Under the pieces are notes generated by a model that was not told the origin of the DNA, did not search any database, and saw nothing but the letters and a program-made list of their open reading frames with translations. Shown piece after piece: positions 29,934-41,182 of a stretch of 64,000 bases of DNA; within the stretch, counting starts at the first letter, position 1, and the number at the start of each line of letters is the position of its first letter. The translations under genes and the position numbers were made by a program. The stretch lies in assembly GCA_963836755.1 (NCBI GenBank), contig CAWIKF010000002.1:416001-480000 (forward strand), read 5' to 3'. This DNA comes from an uncultured Verrucomicrobiae bacterium (GTDB taxonomy: Bacteria; Verrucomicrobiota; Verrucomicrobiia; Chthoniobacterales; Chthoniobacteraceae).

Positions 29934-31724
29934 TTACCCCGTAGAAACTTTTTCGTGATTCTCAGTCAGCACGTGGGCGGTGTTGACCAGGCCGACGTGC
30001 GAGAAGGCCTGCGGGAAATTTCCGAGCAGGCGTTTCGCGTGCGGATCGTATTCCTCGGAAAGCAAACCGAGGTCGTTTCGAATGTTTAGCAACCGCTGAA
30101 ACATCGCGTTCGCATCGTCGCGCCGGCCGAGCAGCGCCAGACAATGCGAAAGCCAGAATGAGCAGGGTAAAAAAGCGCCTTCGCCCGGCGGCAATCCGTC
30201 CACGTTTGCTGAAGCGTCGGGATGATAGCGCAGCACAAATCCATCGGCGACAAGGTTACGCTCGATCGCTTCGATCGTCGCGCGCATGCGCGGATCGTCG
30301 GCCGGCAGAAAGCCAACGAGCGGCAGCATCAGCAAACTGGCGTCAAGGTTTTCCGAGCCGAAATATTGCGTGAAAGCGCCGCGCTTTTGATTGAAACCGC
30401 GCGTGCAAACTTCGCGGTGGATTTCGTCGCGAACGGCGCGCCAGCGATCGAGGTCGCCATTGGCGTCGAGGCCGAATTCCTCCACGCTGCGCACCGCGCG
30501 ATCGAGCGCGACCCACGCCATGACTTTCGAGTGCGTGAAATTCCGCCGCGCCCCGCGGACTTCCCAAATTCCATCATCCGCGTCGCGCCAATGTTCCTCG
30601 ACGAAGAGCACGAGCTGGCGTTGTAGCCGCCACGCATTTTCCTCCGCGGGAATTCCGAGCATCAGCGCGCGATGCAGCGAGCCCATGACTTCGCCGTAAA
30701 CGTCGAGCTGGAACTGATTCGCAGCGGCGTTGCCGACATGCACCGGCGCCGATTTTTCGTAACCCGGCAGCCACGAAACCTCGAATTCCGGCAACCGCCT
30801 TTCGCCCGCCGGCCCATACATGATCTGCGTTTGCGATGGATTGCCCGCGATCGCCCGCAGCAGCCAATTGCGCCACGCGGCGGCCTCCTCGCCGTAACCC
30901 GCGAGCATCAGCGCGTGCAGCGTGAAAGTCGCGTCGCGCAGCCAGCAAAAGCGGTAATCCCAATTGCGCACGCCGCCGATTTGCTCGGGCAAAGAAGTCG
31001 TCGCAGCGGCGAGCACGCCGCCGGTCGGGCGATAGGTGAGCGCCTTTAAAGTGATGAGCGAGCGCCGCACCGCATCGCACGACTCGCCATCATGAAACGT
31101 GCAGCGGCCTGACCATTCGGTCCAAAATTTTTCGGTCGTTTGCAGCGCGTGCTCGGCATTCACCGCGGCCGGGGGCGTTTCGTGCGAGGCATACCACGTG
31201 AGCACGAACGGCACGCGCTGGCCTTCACGCACGAGAAATTTCGCCGCGGTCGTCATCTCCTCGCCGTGCGTTTGCACGGGTGTGCGCAAAATCAGCGCCT
31301 CAGGCCCGGCGATCGCTGCAAGGCCTTCGTGCGTCTGGTGCACCCACGGCACCACATTTCCAAAGTCGTAGCGGATGATCAGCTTCAGCCGCATCCAGAC
31401 TTCGCCACGCAATCCCTCCACAACCCGCACCACATCAGGGTTCCGGCCGCGCACCGGCATGCAATCGATCAGCCGCACCGCGCCGCGCTCGGTCTCAAAA
31501 TCGGTCTCCAAGATTAACGTGTCACCGCGATAGCGGCGGCGCGTGGCGACAATTTCGGCGTCCGGCCAAATGCGCCAGCAACCGTTTTTTTCCTCGCCGA
31601 GCAATTTCGCGAAGCATGCCGCCGAATCGAAACGCGGGAAGCAGAGCCAATCAATCGAACCGTCGCGGCCGACGATCGCGCCGGTTTCCAGATCGCCGAT
31701 GAAACCGTAGTCCTCGATTTTCAT
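29934..31724 (-). CDS. Glycoside hydrolase family 15 (glucoamylase/trehalase)
   Basis: IEDYGFIGD, TTSLPE, RNWDYRFCWLRD, QLDVYGE, LLSEE, GNFPQAFSH. Confidence 0.93.
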   Translation of the reverse strand: MKIEDYGFIGDLETGAIVGRDGSIDWLCFPRFDSAACFAKLLGEEKNGCWRIWPDAEIVATRRRYRGDTLILETDFETERGAVRLIDCMPVRGRNPDVVRVVEGLRGEVWMRLKLIIRYDFGNVVPWVHQTHEGLAAIAGPEALILRTPVQTHGEEMTTAAKFLVREGQRVPFVLTWYASHETPPAAVNAEHALQTTEKFWTEWSGRCTFHDGESCDAVRRSLITLKALTYRPTGGVLAAATTSLPEQIGGVRNWDYRFCWLRDATFTLHALMLAGYGEEAAAWRNWLLRAIAGNPSQTQIMYGPAGERRLPEFEVSWLPGYEKSAPVHVGNAAANQFQLDVYGEVMGSLHRALMLGIPAEENAWRLQRQLVLFVEEHWRDADDGIWEVRGARRNFTHSKVMAWVALDRAVRSVEEFGLDANGDLDRWRAVRDEIHREVCTRGFNQKRGAFTQYFGSENLDASLLMLPLVGFLPADDPRMRATIEAIERNLVADGFVLRYHPDASANVDGLPPGEGAFLPCSFWLSHCLALLGRRDDANAMFQRLLNIRNDLGLLSEEYDPHAKRLLGNFPQAFSHVGLVNTAHVLTENHEKVSTG

Positions 31725-31858
31725 GCGGCGAAAAAAACCCTCACGAAAATCGAATCGAACCGCAACCCGCTTTGCGCGGGCGCGCGCGGCGTAAAAAATT
31801 CCGCGGATACGTGTGCAGCGCCGCTTCATTCCGATTCCCCAAGCGAAGAAGAACCATT

Positions 31859-32002
31859 ATGCGCTGGACTCTTTTCATAGTTTTGCTGCTCGTCTGGCTC
31901 GTCTGCTTGATCGCATTTAAAACGATCAGCCTGTTCGTGCACCTGATCCTGCTGCTCGCCGCCGCGCTGCTATTATGGCGGTTGCTCGCGGGCAAAAAAT
32001 GA
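31859..32002 (+). CDS. Small two-TM membrane protein (lmo0937/DUF5670-like)
   Basis: 47 aa, MRWTLFIVLLLVWL...VHLILL...LLAGKK. Confidence 0.7.
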   Translation: MRWTLFIVLLLVWLVCLIAFKTISLFVHLILLLAAALLLWRLLAGKK

Positions 32003-32016
32003 TTCAGACCTCACGC

Positions 32017-32238
32017 ATGAAAACCTCCGCTCTCATTGGCATCATCCTCATCGTCCTCGGCATCGCCGCGCTCGCCTACCAGGGCATCACATATCACGAG
32101 CGGCAGACCGTGCTCGACATTGGCCCAATCCACGCGACGGCGGATCGCGAGAAAACCATTCCGCTTCCGCCGATCATCGGCGTCGTCGCGATCATCGGCG
32201 GGATTGTGCTGCTGGTCGGCGGCGTGAAAAAAACCTGA
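32017..32238 (+). CDS. Small membrane protein (DUF3185-like)
   Basis: IGIILIVLG...YQGITY...VLDIGPIHAT...KTIPLPP. Confidence 0.75.
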   Translation: MKTSALIGIILIVLGIAALAYQGITYHERQTVLDIGPIHATADREKTIPLPPIIGVVAIIGGIVLLVGGVKKT

Positions 32239-32259
32239 GCGCGCGGGAAAACCTTGGCG

Positions 32260-32772
32260 CTACTTTTTCTCCGGCTTCTCGAGTTTCAGCGCGACGGAAT
32301 TGATGCAATAGCGCAGATGCGTCGGCGGCGGCCCGTCGTTAAAAACGTGACCGAGATGCGAGCCGCAACGCGCGCAGGTGACCTCGTCGCGCACCATTCC
32401 GTGCGAATCGTCCGTGTTGGTTTTGACGCTGTCCGGCGAGATCGGCTGGAAATAACTCGGCCAGCCGGTGCCCGATTCAAATTTCGCCTCGGACTTGAAA
32501 AGCTTATTGCCACAGGCCGCGCAGACATACGTGCCCGGCTCGTGCATGCTGCAATAGGCGTTTGCGAAAGGCGCTTCCGTGCCCGACTCGCGCATCACGT
32601 GGAATTGTTCCGGCGTCAAAATTTTGCGCCATTCATCGTTGGTAAAGTTGACTTTGTCTTTCATGGGGATGGCGTTGAGCTTTGCGACTAATTCGGATTT
32701 TTCAGGCCCGTCGGACTTTGCCGCCGGTGAGCAGGCGACGGCAAGCAGCGCGCAGAGCAATGCGATTTTCAT
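32260..32772 (-). CDS. msrB: Peptide methionine-R-sulfoxide reductase with signal/lipoprotein peptide
   Basis: LTPEQF, GTE, CAAC, SGTGWPSY, HLGHVFNDGP, RYCINS. Confidence 0.95.
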   Translation of the reverse strand: MKIALLCALLAVACSPAAKSDGPEKSELVAKLNAIPMKDKVNFTNDEWRKILTPEQFHVMRESGTEAPFANAYCSMHEPGTYVCAACGNKLFKSEAKFESGTGWPSYFQPISPDSVKTNTDDSHGMVRDEVTCARCGSHLGHVFNDGPPPTHLRYCINSVALKLEKPEKK

Positions 32773-32844
32773 AAGGTTTCGGTGAGTTTCGATTAGACAA
32801 CAAATTGCGGCACGCGTTCACTGCGGCGTGCGCCGATTGCCCAC

Positions 32845-35616
32845 ATGAGCGAAGTTCATCCAGCGCCGCCCGATTACGTCGAGATCGGTTTTGACAAAAT
32901 CGATCGCGACATCCGCTTTCTCATCGCGTGCTTCGGCGAAGTCCTCTGCGAGCTCGGCCACGAAAATCTCGCCGCGCTCATGCCGTGGTCCGATCGCCCG
33001 TTGCCGGCCGATGTGAAAACTTTGCCGCCGCAGCTCGGGCTCGTCTATTCGATCGCGTTCCAGCTCCTGAACATGGTGGAAGAAAATGCGGCCGCGCAGA
33101 TGCGCGTGCTGCGCGAAGCGCACGCGGGGCTCACCGCCGAGCATGGCTTGTGGGGACGCGAATTGAAGCGGCTGAAGGACGCCGGTTTTTCGCAGGAGCA
33201 AATTGCCGGCGTGCTCGGGAATGTCCGCGTGGAGCCGGTCCTGACCGCGCATCCGACCGAGGCGAAGCGCCTCTCGGTGCTCGATCAGCATCGCGAACTT
33301 TACAAGCTCATCCGCACGCGCGAGCGCGCGGAAACCCCGCCGAGCGAGCAAAAAAGAGCGCGCGAAAAGACGAAGGCAGCGCTGGAGCGTTTGTGGCGCA
33401 CAGGTGAAATTTTGTTGAACAAACCGAAAGTCGCGGACGAGCGTCGCAATGTTTTTTTCTATCTGCGCGACGTTTTTCCGGCAGCGCTGCCGTGGCTCGA
33501 TGGACGGCTGCGCGACGCGTGGCGCGAAGCCAACTTTGACGCCAATATTTTAGAGAAGGAAATGCCGCGGCTCCGCTTCGGCACATGGGTTGGCGGCGAT
33601 CGCGACGGACATCCAGGCGTGACGCCGGAGATCACCGCCGAGACGCTCGAGCGGCTGCGCGTGAACTCGCTTCTGGTGCTGCATCGCGAGCTCACCGCCC
33701 TCGCGGAAAAGTTGACGCTCTCAGCGTGGGTGCAGCGGCCGCCGCCAATTTTGGTCGCGGCGCAGGACAAAATTTCCGAATCGCTCGGCGATCTCGCGCG
33801 GCCGATTTTGACGGCGAATGCCGACGAGCCGTGGCGGCAATTTGTGAACCTGATGATCGCCCGTCTGCCGCTGCGGCTTGCGGCCTCACAGCTGGCGCAG
33901 ATCCACGAAAGCAGCGGCGCATATCGTTTTTCGCACGAGCTCGCGGAGGATTTGCAGACGCTGCACGATTCGCTTTGCGAAGTCGGCGCGCAGCGGCTTG
34001 CCGCGATCGATGTCCGTCCGGCGCAGCGCGCGCTCGAGACCTTTGGATTTCATCTCGCACATCTCGACATTCGCCAAAACAGCGCGGCGCATGACGCGGC
34101 GCTGGCTCAATTGCTGACCGCCGCGGGAATCGACGGCGAAGATTTTCCGCGCTGGAGCGAAACGGAGCGGCTCCGTTTTCTCAACCGCGAACTGCTTTCG
34201 CCGCGTCCGTTTTTGCATGCGAATGTCTCGGCCGGCGCCGAGGCGGATGTGGTGCTCGATTGCCACCGCGCGCTCGTGCGGCACATGGAGCGCTGGGACA
34301 CCGACGGCATCGGTGCCCTAATCGTGAGTATGACGCGACGGCTGTCGGATTTGCTCGTGGTCTATGTGCTGGCGCGGGAAGCGGGCCTGACGCGCTCGCT
34401 GCGCGAAGGTCTCGCATGCGTGCTGCCGGTCGTGCCGCTTTTTGAAACGATCAGCGATCTCGAGCGCGCGCCGGAAATTTTACGCGGGTTTCTGGAGCAT
34501 CCGGTGACGCGCCGAAGCCTCGCTTTTCAAACGAAAAAGAACGAGCGGCTCACGCAGCAGGTGATGGTCGGATACAGCGACAGCAACAAGGACGCGGGCA
34601 TTTTCGCGAGCCAATGGGCGCTGCAAAAAGCGCAGGCGAGCCTCGCCGGCATCGGCGCGGAAACTGGCGTGACGATTCGATTTTTCCATGGCCGCGGCGG
34701 CACTGTGAGTCGCGGCGCGGGCCCTACGAATCGGTTTTTGGAAGCGCTGCCGGCAGGTTCGCTTTCCGGAGATATTCGGCTCACGGAGCAAGGCGAAACG
34801 ATCGCGCAGAAATACGGGAATCTGCCGGCGACGATTTACAATCTCGAGCTTTTGCTGGCGGGCGTGGCTGCGACCACGGTGCGCCATCAGCTCGGACATG
34901 AGATGTCACACGGGCTCGAACAAGTCGCGCAAAAACTCGCGGAAGTCAGTGAACAAGCGTATCGCGGGCTGCTCGAGACCGACGGCTTCATGAAATTTTA
35001 CCGCGAGGCCACGCCGATCGACGCGCTGGAACATTCCAGCATCGGTTCGCGTCCCGCGCGCAGAACCGGCCAGGCGACGCTCGCGGACTTGCGCGCGATT
35101 CCGTGGGTCTTCAGTTGGAACCAAGCGCGCTTTTATGTGCCCGGCTGGTTCGGCGTCGGCTCTGCATTGGCGGCGCTGGAAACTGGCGAGCCGCCAGATT
35201 TTGCGCGGCTCTGCGAGCGGCTCAAGGACTGGCCGTTTCTGCATTACGTGCTCACAAATATCGAGGCAAGCATCGCGAGCACCGACCTCGATTTGATGCA
35301 GCGTTACGCTGCAATGGTCTCCGACGAACAGGTGCGCGAGCGCGTGTTTGGCGTCATTTTGCAGGAGTGGAAAACAACGCGCGAGATGCTCGAGCGTGTG
35401 CGTGGCCGGGCAATGGCGGAGCGGCGTCCACGGATGCTAAAAACATTGAAACTTCGCGCCGACGCGCTGCGCATTTTGCATTTGCAGCAGATCGATCTGC
35501 TGCAGCAATGGCGAGCGCTGCACCGCGCTGGCGATGAATCGAGCGCCGATGCGATGCTGCCAGCGCTGCTGCTTTCCATCAACGCGATCGCGAGCGGTCT
35601 GCGCACCACTGGCTAG
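32845..35616 (+). CDS. ppc: Phosphoenolpyruvate carboxylase
   Basis: VLTAHPTE, WVGGDRDG, VMVGYSDSNKD, FHGRGGTVSRG, LRAIPWVF, C-terminal LRTTG. Confidence 0.95.
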   Translation: MSEVHPAPPDYVEIGFDKIDRDIRFLIACFGEVLCELGHENLAALMPWSDRPLPADVKTLPPQLGLVYSIAFQLLNMVEENAAAQMRVLREAHAGLTAEHGLWGRELKRLKDAGFSQEQIAGVLGNVRVEPVLTAHPTEAKRLSVLDQHRELYKLIRTRERAETPPSEQKRAREKTKAALERLWRTGEILLNKPKVADERRNVFFYLRDVFPAALPWLDGRLRDAWREANFDANILEKEMPRLRFGTWVGGDRDGHPGVTPEITAETLERLRVNSLLVLHRELTALAEKLTLSAWVQRPPPILVAAQDKISESLGDLARPILTANADEPWRQFVNLMIARLPLRLAASQLAQIHESSGAYRFSHELAEDLQTLHDSLCEVGAQRLAAIDVRPAQRALETFGFHLAHLDIRQNSAAHDAALAQLLTAAGIDGEDFPRWSETERLRFLNRELLSPRPFLHANVSAGAEADVVLDCHRALVRHMERWDTDGIGALIVSMTRRLSDLLVVYVLAREAGLTRSLREGLACVLPVVPLFETISDLERAPEILRGFLEHPVTRRSLAFQTKKNERLTQQVMVGYSDSNKDAGIFASQWALQKAQASLAGIGAETGVTIRFFHGRGGTVSRGAGPTNRFLEALPAGSLSGDIRLTEQGETIAQKYGNLPATIYNLELLLAGVAATTVRHQLGHEMSHGLEQVAQKLAEVSEQAYRGLLETDGFMKFYREATPIDALEHSSIGSRPARRTGQATLADLRAIPWVFSWNQARFYVPGWFGVGSALAALETGEPPDFARLCERLKDWPFLHYVLTNIEASIASTDLDLMQRYAAMVSDEQVRERVFGVILQEWKTTREMLERVRGRAMAERRPRMLKTLKLRADALRILHLQQIDLLQQWRALHRAGDESSADAMLPALLLSINAIASGLRTTG

Positions 35617-35618
35617 GC

Positions 35619-36182
35619 TCACGGCGCGAGTTCGCGCAGCGATGCGGGGCGCCATTCCCTGTGCTGCGGATCGAAGCGCAGAGCCACTTCCCACCGCGCG
35701 CGCACTCCCGCGCCTTTCGGGGGAAACATCACGCAAGGCAGCGTCACGACCGCATTCACCGGTGGAGAAAGTTGCACGAGTTGCGGCGCGAATGGATCAA
35801 AAGATACGCTCTCTTTTTTTCCCGCGGCTGCATTGCGCACGCATCCCCGCGCCTTCCAATAAGCGGACTGCGGCGTGAACTGATGCTGGCTGAATTCCTT
35901 CCAGCCGGTCATGCACAGCGGCGCGAAAGCGACGATCGCCGTCGCGATCAAAATCACCCCGACGAAAATGAAAAACTGCTGGTCGCGCAACCGCTTCCAG
36001 CGCCGCGGTTGCGGCGTTTCGCACAACTCCGCCACCGGCATCGATTGCTCCATCCCCTCGCGCCAATAAAGCGTCTCGCCGGCGAGCAAATTCCGGTCGT
36101 AGAGCCGCTTCAGCTCACCGTATGTGTAAGGCCCTTTTTGTTTGCCCTGCAGGCGGATGTAATATTCGGAGGCAAAAGCCAT
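35619..36182 (-). CDS. GYF_2 (DUF4339) domain membrane protein
   Basis: YYI...QKGPYT..EL...ETLYWREGM, followed by a TM segment. Confidence 0.75.
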   Translation of the reverse strand: MAFASEYYIRLQGKQKGPYTYGELKRLYDRNLLAGETLYWREGMEQSMPVAELCETPQPRRWKRLRDQQFFIFVGVILIATAIVAFAPLCMTGWKEFSQHQFTPQSAYWKARGCVRNAAAGKKESVSFDPFAPQLVQLSPPVNAVVTLPCVMFPPKGAGVRARWEVALRFDPQHREWRPASLRELAP

Positions 36183-36188
36183 ACTCCG

Positions 36189-37469
36189 CTACACCGCAGC
36201 GATTTGCTTCGCGCCAAAATGCTGCTGCAACGCCTCGGGAATGTTGATCGAGCCGTCGGGTTGCTGGCCGTTTTCCAAAAGCGCCACGAAGAGCCGCGGC
36301 AGCGCGGTTCCCGATCCGTTTAACGTGTGGCAAAACTTGTTTTTCCCATCGGCATCTTTGAAGCGCAGGTTCATGCGGCGCGCCTGGAAGTCTTCAAAAT
36401 TCGAGCAGCTCGAAACCTCGAGGTATGCATTTTGGCCGGGCGCCCAAACTTCGATGTCGTAAGTTTTTGCGGAGCCGAAGCCGACATCGCCCGTGCAAAG
36501 CTCGACGATCCGGTAGTGCAGTCCCAACAGTTGCAAAACTTTCTCGGCATCGGCCGTGAGCGACTCCAGTTCGTCGTAGGATTTTTCCGGAGTCGTGATT
36601 TTAACCAGCTCAACTTTGTCGAATTGATGCACGCGAATCAGTCCGCGCGAGCCGACGCCTGCAGCCCCGGCCTCGCGGCGAAAACACGGCGTGTAGGCCA
36701 CGTATCTTTTCGGCAGCTCGCTGAGCTGGAGAATTTCCTCGCGATGAAAGTTCGTCACTGGCACTTCCGCCGTCGGCGCGAGATAAAGTTCATCGCGTTC
36801 CGCTCGATAAAGCTGCTCCTCGAATTTGCCGGGAAGCTGCGTGGTGCCGACGAGCGCATCGCGGCGCACGAGAAATGGCGGCGACATTTCGAGATAACCA
36901 TGCTGCTCGGTGTGGAGATCGAGCATGAAATTAATCAGCGCGCGCTCGAGCTTTGCGCCAGCACCTGTAAAACAAACGAAGCCGCTCCCGCTCATCCGCG
37001 TGGCGCGCTCGAGATCGAGCAGCGAAACTTTGTCGGCGATCGTGACGTGATCAAAAATCGGGTGCGCGAACGTCGGTTTTTCGCCCCATATTTTCACCAC
37101 CGGATTGTCGCCCGCGTCACGTCCGATAACCGCATCCGCGTGCGGTAGATTCGGTATTTGCAGCAGCAGCTCGCGCTGCTTCGCATCAGCTTCGGTTGCC
37201 TGCTGGTTGAGCAGCGCGATGTCATCGCCAAAGCCGCGCGTCTGTTCTTCCAGATCCGCCGTCTCTTCGCCGCGGCCTTTGCGCGCGCCGATTTCCTTGG
37301 AAAGTCGCTTGCGGTCGGCATTGAGCTGCTGCAGCCGCGTTTCGAATGCACGCCGCTGTTTGTCGCATTCGAGGATCTCATCGACCATCGCATCGGCGCC
37401 ACCGCCGCGGGTGGCGAGCCGCTTTTTCACCGCCGCGGGATCGTCGCGAATCAACCGGATATCGAGCAT
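36189..37469 (-). CDS. serS: Seryl-tRNA synthetase
   Basis: MLDIRLIR, PTAEVP, FRREAG, EVSSCSN, HTLNGSG. Confidence 0.97.
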   Translation of the reverse strand: MLDIRLIRDDPAAVKKRLATRGGGADAMVDEILECDKQRRAFETRLQQLNADRKRLSKEIGARKGRGEETADLEEQTRGFGDDIALLNQQATEADAKQRELLLQIPNLPHADAVIGRDAGDNPVVKIWGEKPTFAHPIFDHVTIADKVSLLDLERATRMSGSGFVCFTGAGAKLERALINFMLDLHTEQHGYLEMSPPFLVRRDALVGTTQLPGKFEEQLYRAERDELYLAPTAEVPVTNFHREEILQLSELPKRYVAYTPCFRREAGAAGVGSRGLIRVHQFDKVELVKITTPEKSYDELESLTADAEKVLQLLGLHYRIVELCTGDVGFGSAKTYDIEVWAPGQNAYLEVSSCSNFEDFQARRMNLRFKDADGKNKFCHTLNGSGTALPRLFVALLENGQQPDGSINIPEALQQHFGAKQIAAV

Positions 37470-37524
37470 CGCTGGAAGTTATCCTGCGCGATTATTTCAG
37501 CACGAGAAAAAATCGACGCCGGCG

Positions 37525-37788
37525 CTAAAGCTCCTTTTCAAGCCGCTCCGCGAGCCATTGTTTGATCATGCTTTGGTAGTTCAGGTAGCGCGACCGCGCG
37601 ATGCGCTTGATGCGCGCGAGCATGCGCGGATCGAAGCGGACGGTGATCGTGGTCGACTCGCGCGTGTCGGCCTTGAGCAGCGAGGCGTTCATGAGCCGGG
37701 CATCGATCTGCGCCTCCTGCCAGAACGCCGATTCCAATTCCTCGGACTCAAAGTGCGGCATGTCCGACCAGCTCGTGATTTTTTTCAT
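37525..37788 (-). CDS. BrnA/CopG-like antitoxin
   Basis: PHFESEELESAFW, then RHH-type TITVRFD...YQSMIKQWL. Confidence 0.8.
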   Translation of the reverse strand: MKKITSWSDMPHFESEELESAFWQEAQIDARLMNASLLKADTRESTTITVRFDPRMLARIKRIARSRYLNYQSMIKQWLAERLEKEL

Positions 37789-37789
37789 G

Positions 37790-38065
37790 CTACGAATTCA
37801 TTTCCGTTTTTTTCCGCTCGTAAAAAGTCTCTTCCTCCGCGCTCATGTCGCGCGCCAAAATCACGCGGTAGTTTTTTCCATCGGTCCAAAAGACGCAGAA
37901 AATTCCGCGGTCGCCGATCGATTTTCCGAGGTTGAAATAGCGCGAATCCTCGCCGGATTGATCGGGCAAAAGCCGCAGACTGAAAGGATCTTCAAACGAT
38001 TCCTCGATTTCCTTGGGCGCAATTTTCCGGAGGTCGAAGGGAACGTCGAGCCAGTCAAATTCCAT
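37790..38065 (-). CDS. BrnT-like toxin
   Basis: MEFDW, EESFEDP, RYFNLG, RVILARDM; 1 bp upstream of the antitoxin gene. Confidence 0.75.
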   Translation of the reverse strand: MEFDWLDVPFDLRKIAPKEIEESFEDPFSLRLLPDQSGEDSRYFNLGKSIGDRGIFCVFWTDGKNYRVILARDMSAEEETFYERKKTEMNS

Positions 38066-38066
38066 T

Positions 38067-38447
38067 TTATTGCGCGCGCTGGATCAGCTCGATTTCGTAA
38101 CCTTCCGGCGCGTCGATGAATGCAATCGCGCTGCCGCTCGGGCTGCGATGCGGGCCGTCCGTGAGCGGGTAGCCTTTCGCCGCCGCGTGTTTAGCGAAGG
38201 CTTCGATGTCGTCCACCGAAAACGCAAGATGCGTCAGATCGGCGCCGACGTGCACTGGACCGCTTTCGTCGAATTTGCAGATCTCGATTTCCTCCGCGCT
38301 TTCCGGCGCCTTTAAAAAGACGAGCTGCGAGCCGCGGCCGGAAGTATGCCGCCTGACTTCCTCCAGCCCGAGCACGTCTTTGTAAAACGAAACTGTCTTC
38401 TCGAGATCGTGCACGCGGTAGCGCGTGTGGAGGAGTTTTTTAATCAT
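38067..38447 (-). CDS. VOC/glyoxalase I family protein
   Basis: LLHTRYRV, FYKDVLG, HLAFSVDD, FIDAPEGYEIELI. Confidence 0.88.
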   Translation of the reverse strand: MIKKLLHTRYRVHDLEKTVSFYKDVLGLEEVRRHTSGRGSQLVFLKAPESAEEIEICKFDESGPVHVGADLTHLAFSVDDIEAFAKHAAAKGYPLTDGPHRSPSGSAIAFIDAPEGYEIELIQRAQ

Positions 38448-38534
38448 TGCCGACGCTCGATTGAAGATTGCAGATTAAATGCGGCACGACAACCCCGGCG
38501 CGAAGCCGCGCGGCCGAAAAATCCTCCCGTTTTT

Positions 38535-40034
<1,500 letters not shown>

Positions 40035-40048
40035 CGCGTGCGCGCGGA

Positions 40049-40843
40049 TCAATTGCTGAGGATCGGCGCCGGCTCGATTTCTTCTACTCGGTCGGCGGCC
40101 GGCGTTGCGATGCTGCTGTGCAGATCTTTTAGCAGCTCGATGCGGCCGGTGAAGTCCTCGAGCAGCACGGAACAACTCTCAACCCAATCGCCGGAATTAT
40201 AGTAATCGATATCGTTGATGCGATGGATCGCGGGGGAGTGGATGTGACCGCAAATCACGCCGGAAACCTGATAATCACGGGCGTAGCGGACGATCGCTTC
40301 CTCGAATTTTCCGATGAACGAGACCGCGTTTTTGACGCTCTTTTTTACATACGCGCTGAGCGACCAGTAGCCGAGGCCGAAGATGCGTCGCAAAGCGTTA
40401 ACAGGTTGATTGAGACGAAGTAAAAGTTGGTAGCCGACGTCGCCGACGAACGCGAGCCACTTGATATTTTGGACCACGGTGTCGAGCTCGTGCCCGTGCA
40501 TAACGAGCAGCCGGCGCCCATCGGCGGTGACGTGAATCGCATTTTGGTGAATCTCGATGTTTCCGTAGGTGCCAAAAAATCCGGCGATGAATTCGTCGTG
40601 ATTGCCCGGGATATAATGGACGCGCGTGCCTTTGCGCGATTTGCGGAGGATTTTTTGGATGACATCGTTGTGCGACTGCGGCCAGTAAATTCCGCGGCGC
40701 AGCTGCCAGACATCGATGAGATCGCCGACGATGTAGAGCTGCTCAAATTCGTAGTCGCGGAGAAAATCGAGCAGGGCCGCGGCGTTGCTGCCCTTGCTGC
40801 CGAGATGAACATCGGAGATCCAAGCGGCGCGATAGTTTTTCAT
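40049..40843 (-). CDS. PlcP-like metallophosphoesterase (phospholipase C, LpxH-related)
   Basis: ISDVHLG, GDLID, WPQSHNDVIQKILRK, PGNHD, HG, CGHIH, NSGDWVE. GNHD rather than LpxH GNRD; adjacent to the phosphate cluster. Confidence 0.8.
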   Translation of the reverse strand: MKNYRAAWISDVHLGSKGSNAAALLDFLRDYEFEQLYIVGDLIDVWQLRRGIYWPQSHNDVIQKILRKSRKGTRVHYIPGNHDEFIAGFFGTYGNIEIHQNAIHVTADGRRLLVMHGHELDTVVQNIKWLAFVGDVGYQLLLRLNQPVNALRRIFGLGYWSLSAYVKKSVKNAVSFIGKFEEAIVRYARDYQVSGVICGHIHSPAIHRINDIDYYNSGDWVESCSVLLEDFTGRIELLKDLHSSIATPAADRVEEIEPAPILSN

Positions 40844-40911
40844 GAAGGAACACGCCGTGATTGCGCGAGAGGCGGCGTTTTGTCAAAGCGGGAATGTCAT
40901 CGCAGCGTGAT

Positions 40912-40928
40912 TTCACACGATTGTAACT
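40912..40928. promoter_or_regulatory. Pho-box-like site near the plcP-like gene
   Basis: CACACGATTGTAAC at 40914-40927 is identical to 41157-41170. Confidence 0.55.
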
Positions 40929-41136
40929 TTCGCGGCACTAAATCGGCAAAATGAGGAGCGAAGCTCGGCACCGATGAAACCGATGGTCACGAAATTGGGG
41001 TCTGTCAGAACAAATCTTCGCCCGCGCAAACGGAAATCTGTGCGCGTGATTTTGCGCGCCGCCTATCGGGCGCATTGCCGTGACAAAGCTACGCTGGCGG
41101 CCGTAAAACACTATTTGTGAGACGGCGAGATCTTTT

Positions 41137-41182
41137 CACGATTGTTACATTATCCGCACACGATTGTAACAATTGCCTCACA
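41137..41182 (+). promoter_or_regulatory. Pho-box-like 11-bp periodic array upstream of the porin
   Basis: GTTACA 41144, CGCACA 41155, GTAACA 41166, CTCACA 41177; CACGATTGTWACA repeated 22 bp apart. Confidence 0.7.

Noticed and set aside
37105..37935. 276-aa plus-strand ORF and many similar Arg/Ala/Ser-rich ORFs
   Set aside because: Antisense or out-of-frame shadows of well-supported genes, with no recognisable motifs.
40049..40843. lpxH (lipid A biosynthesis)
   Set aside because: GNHD instead of GNRD, and the phosphate-cluster context fits PlcP better.
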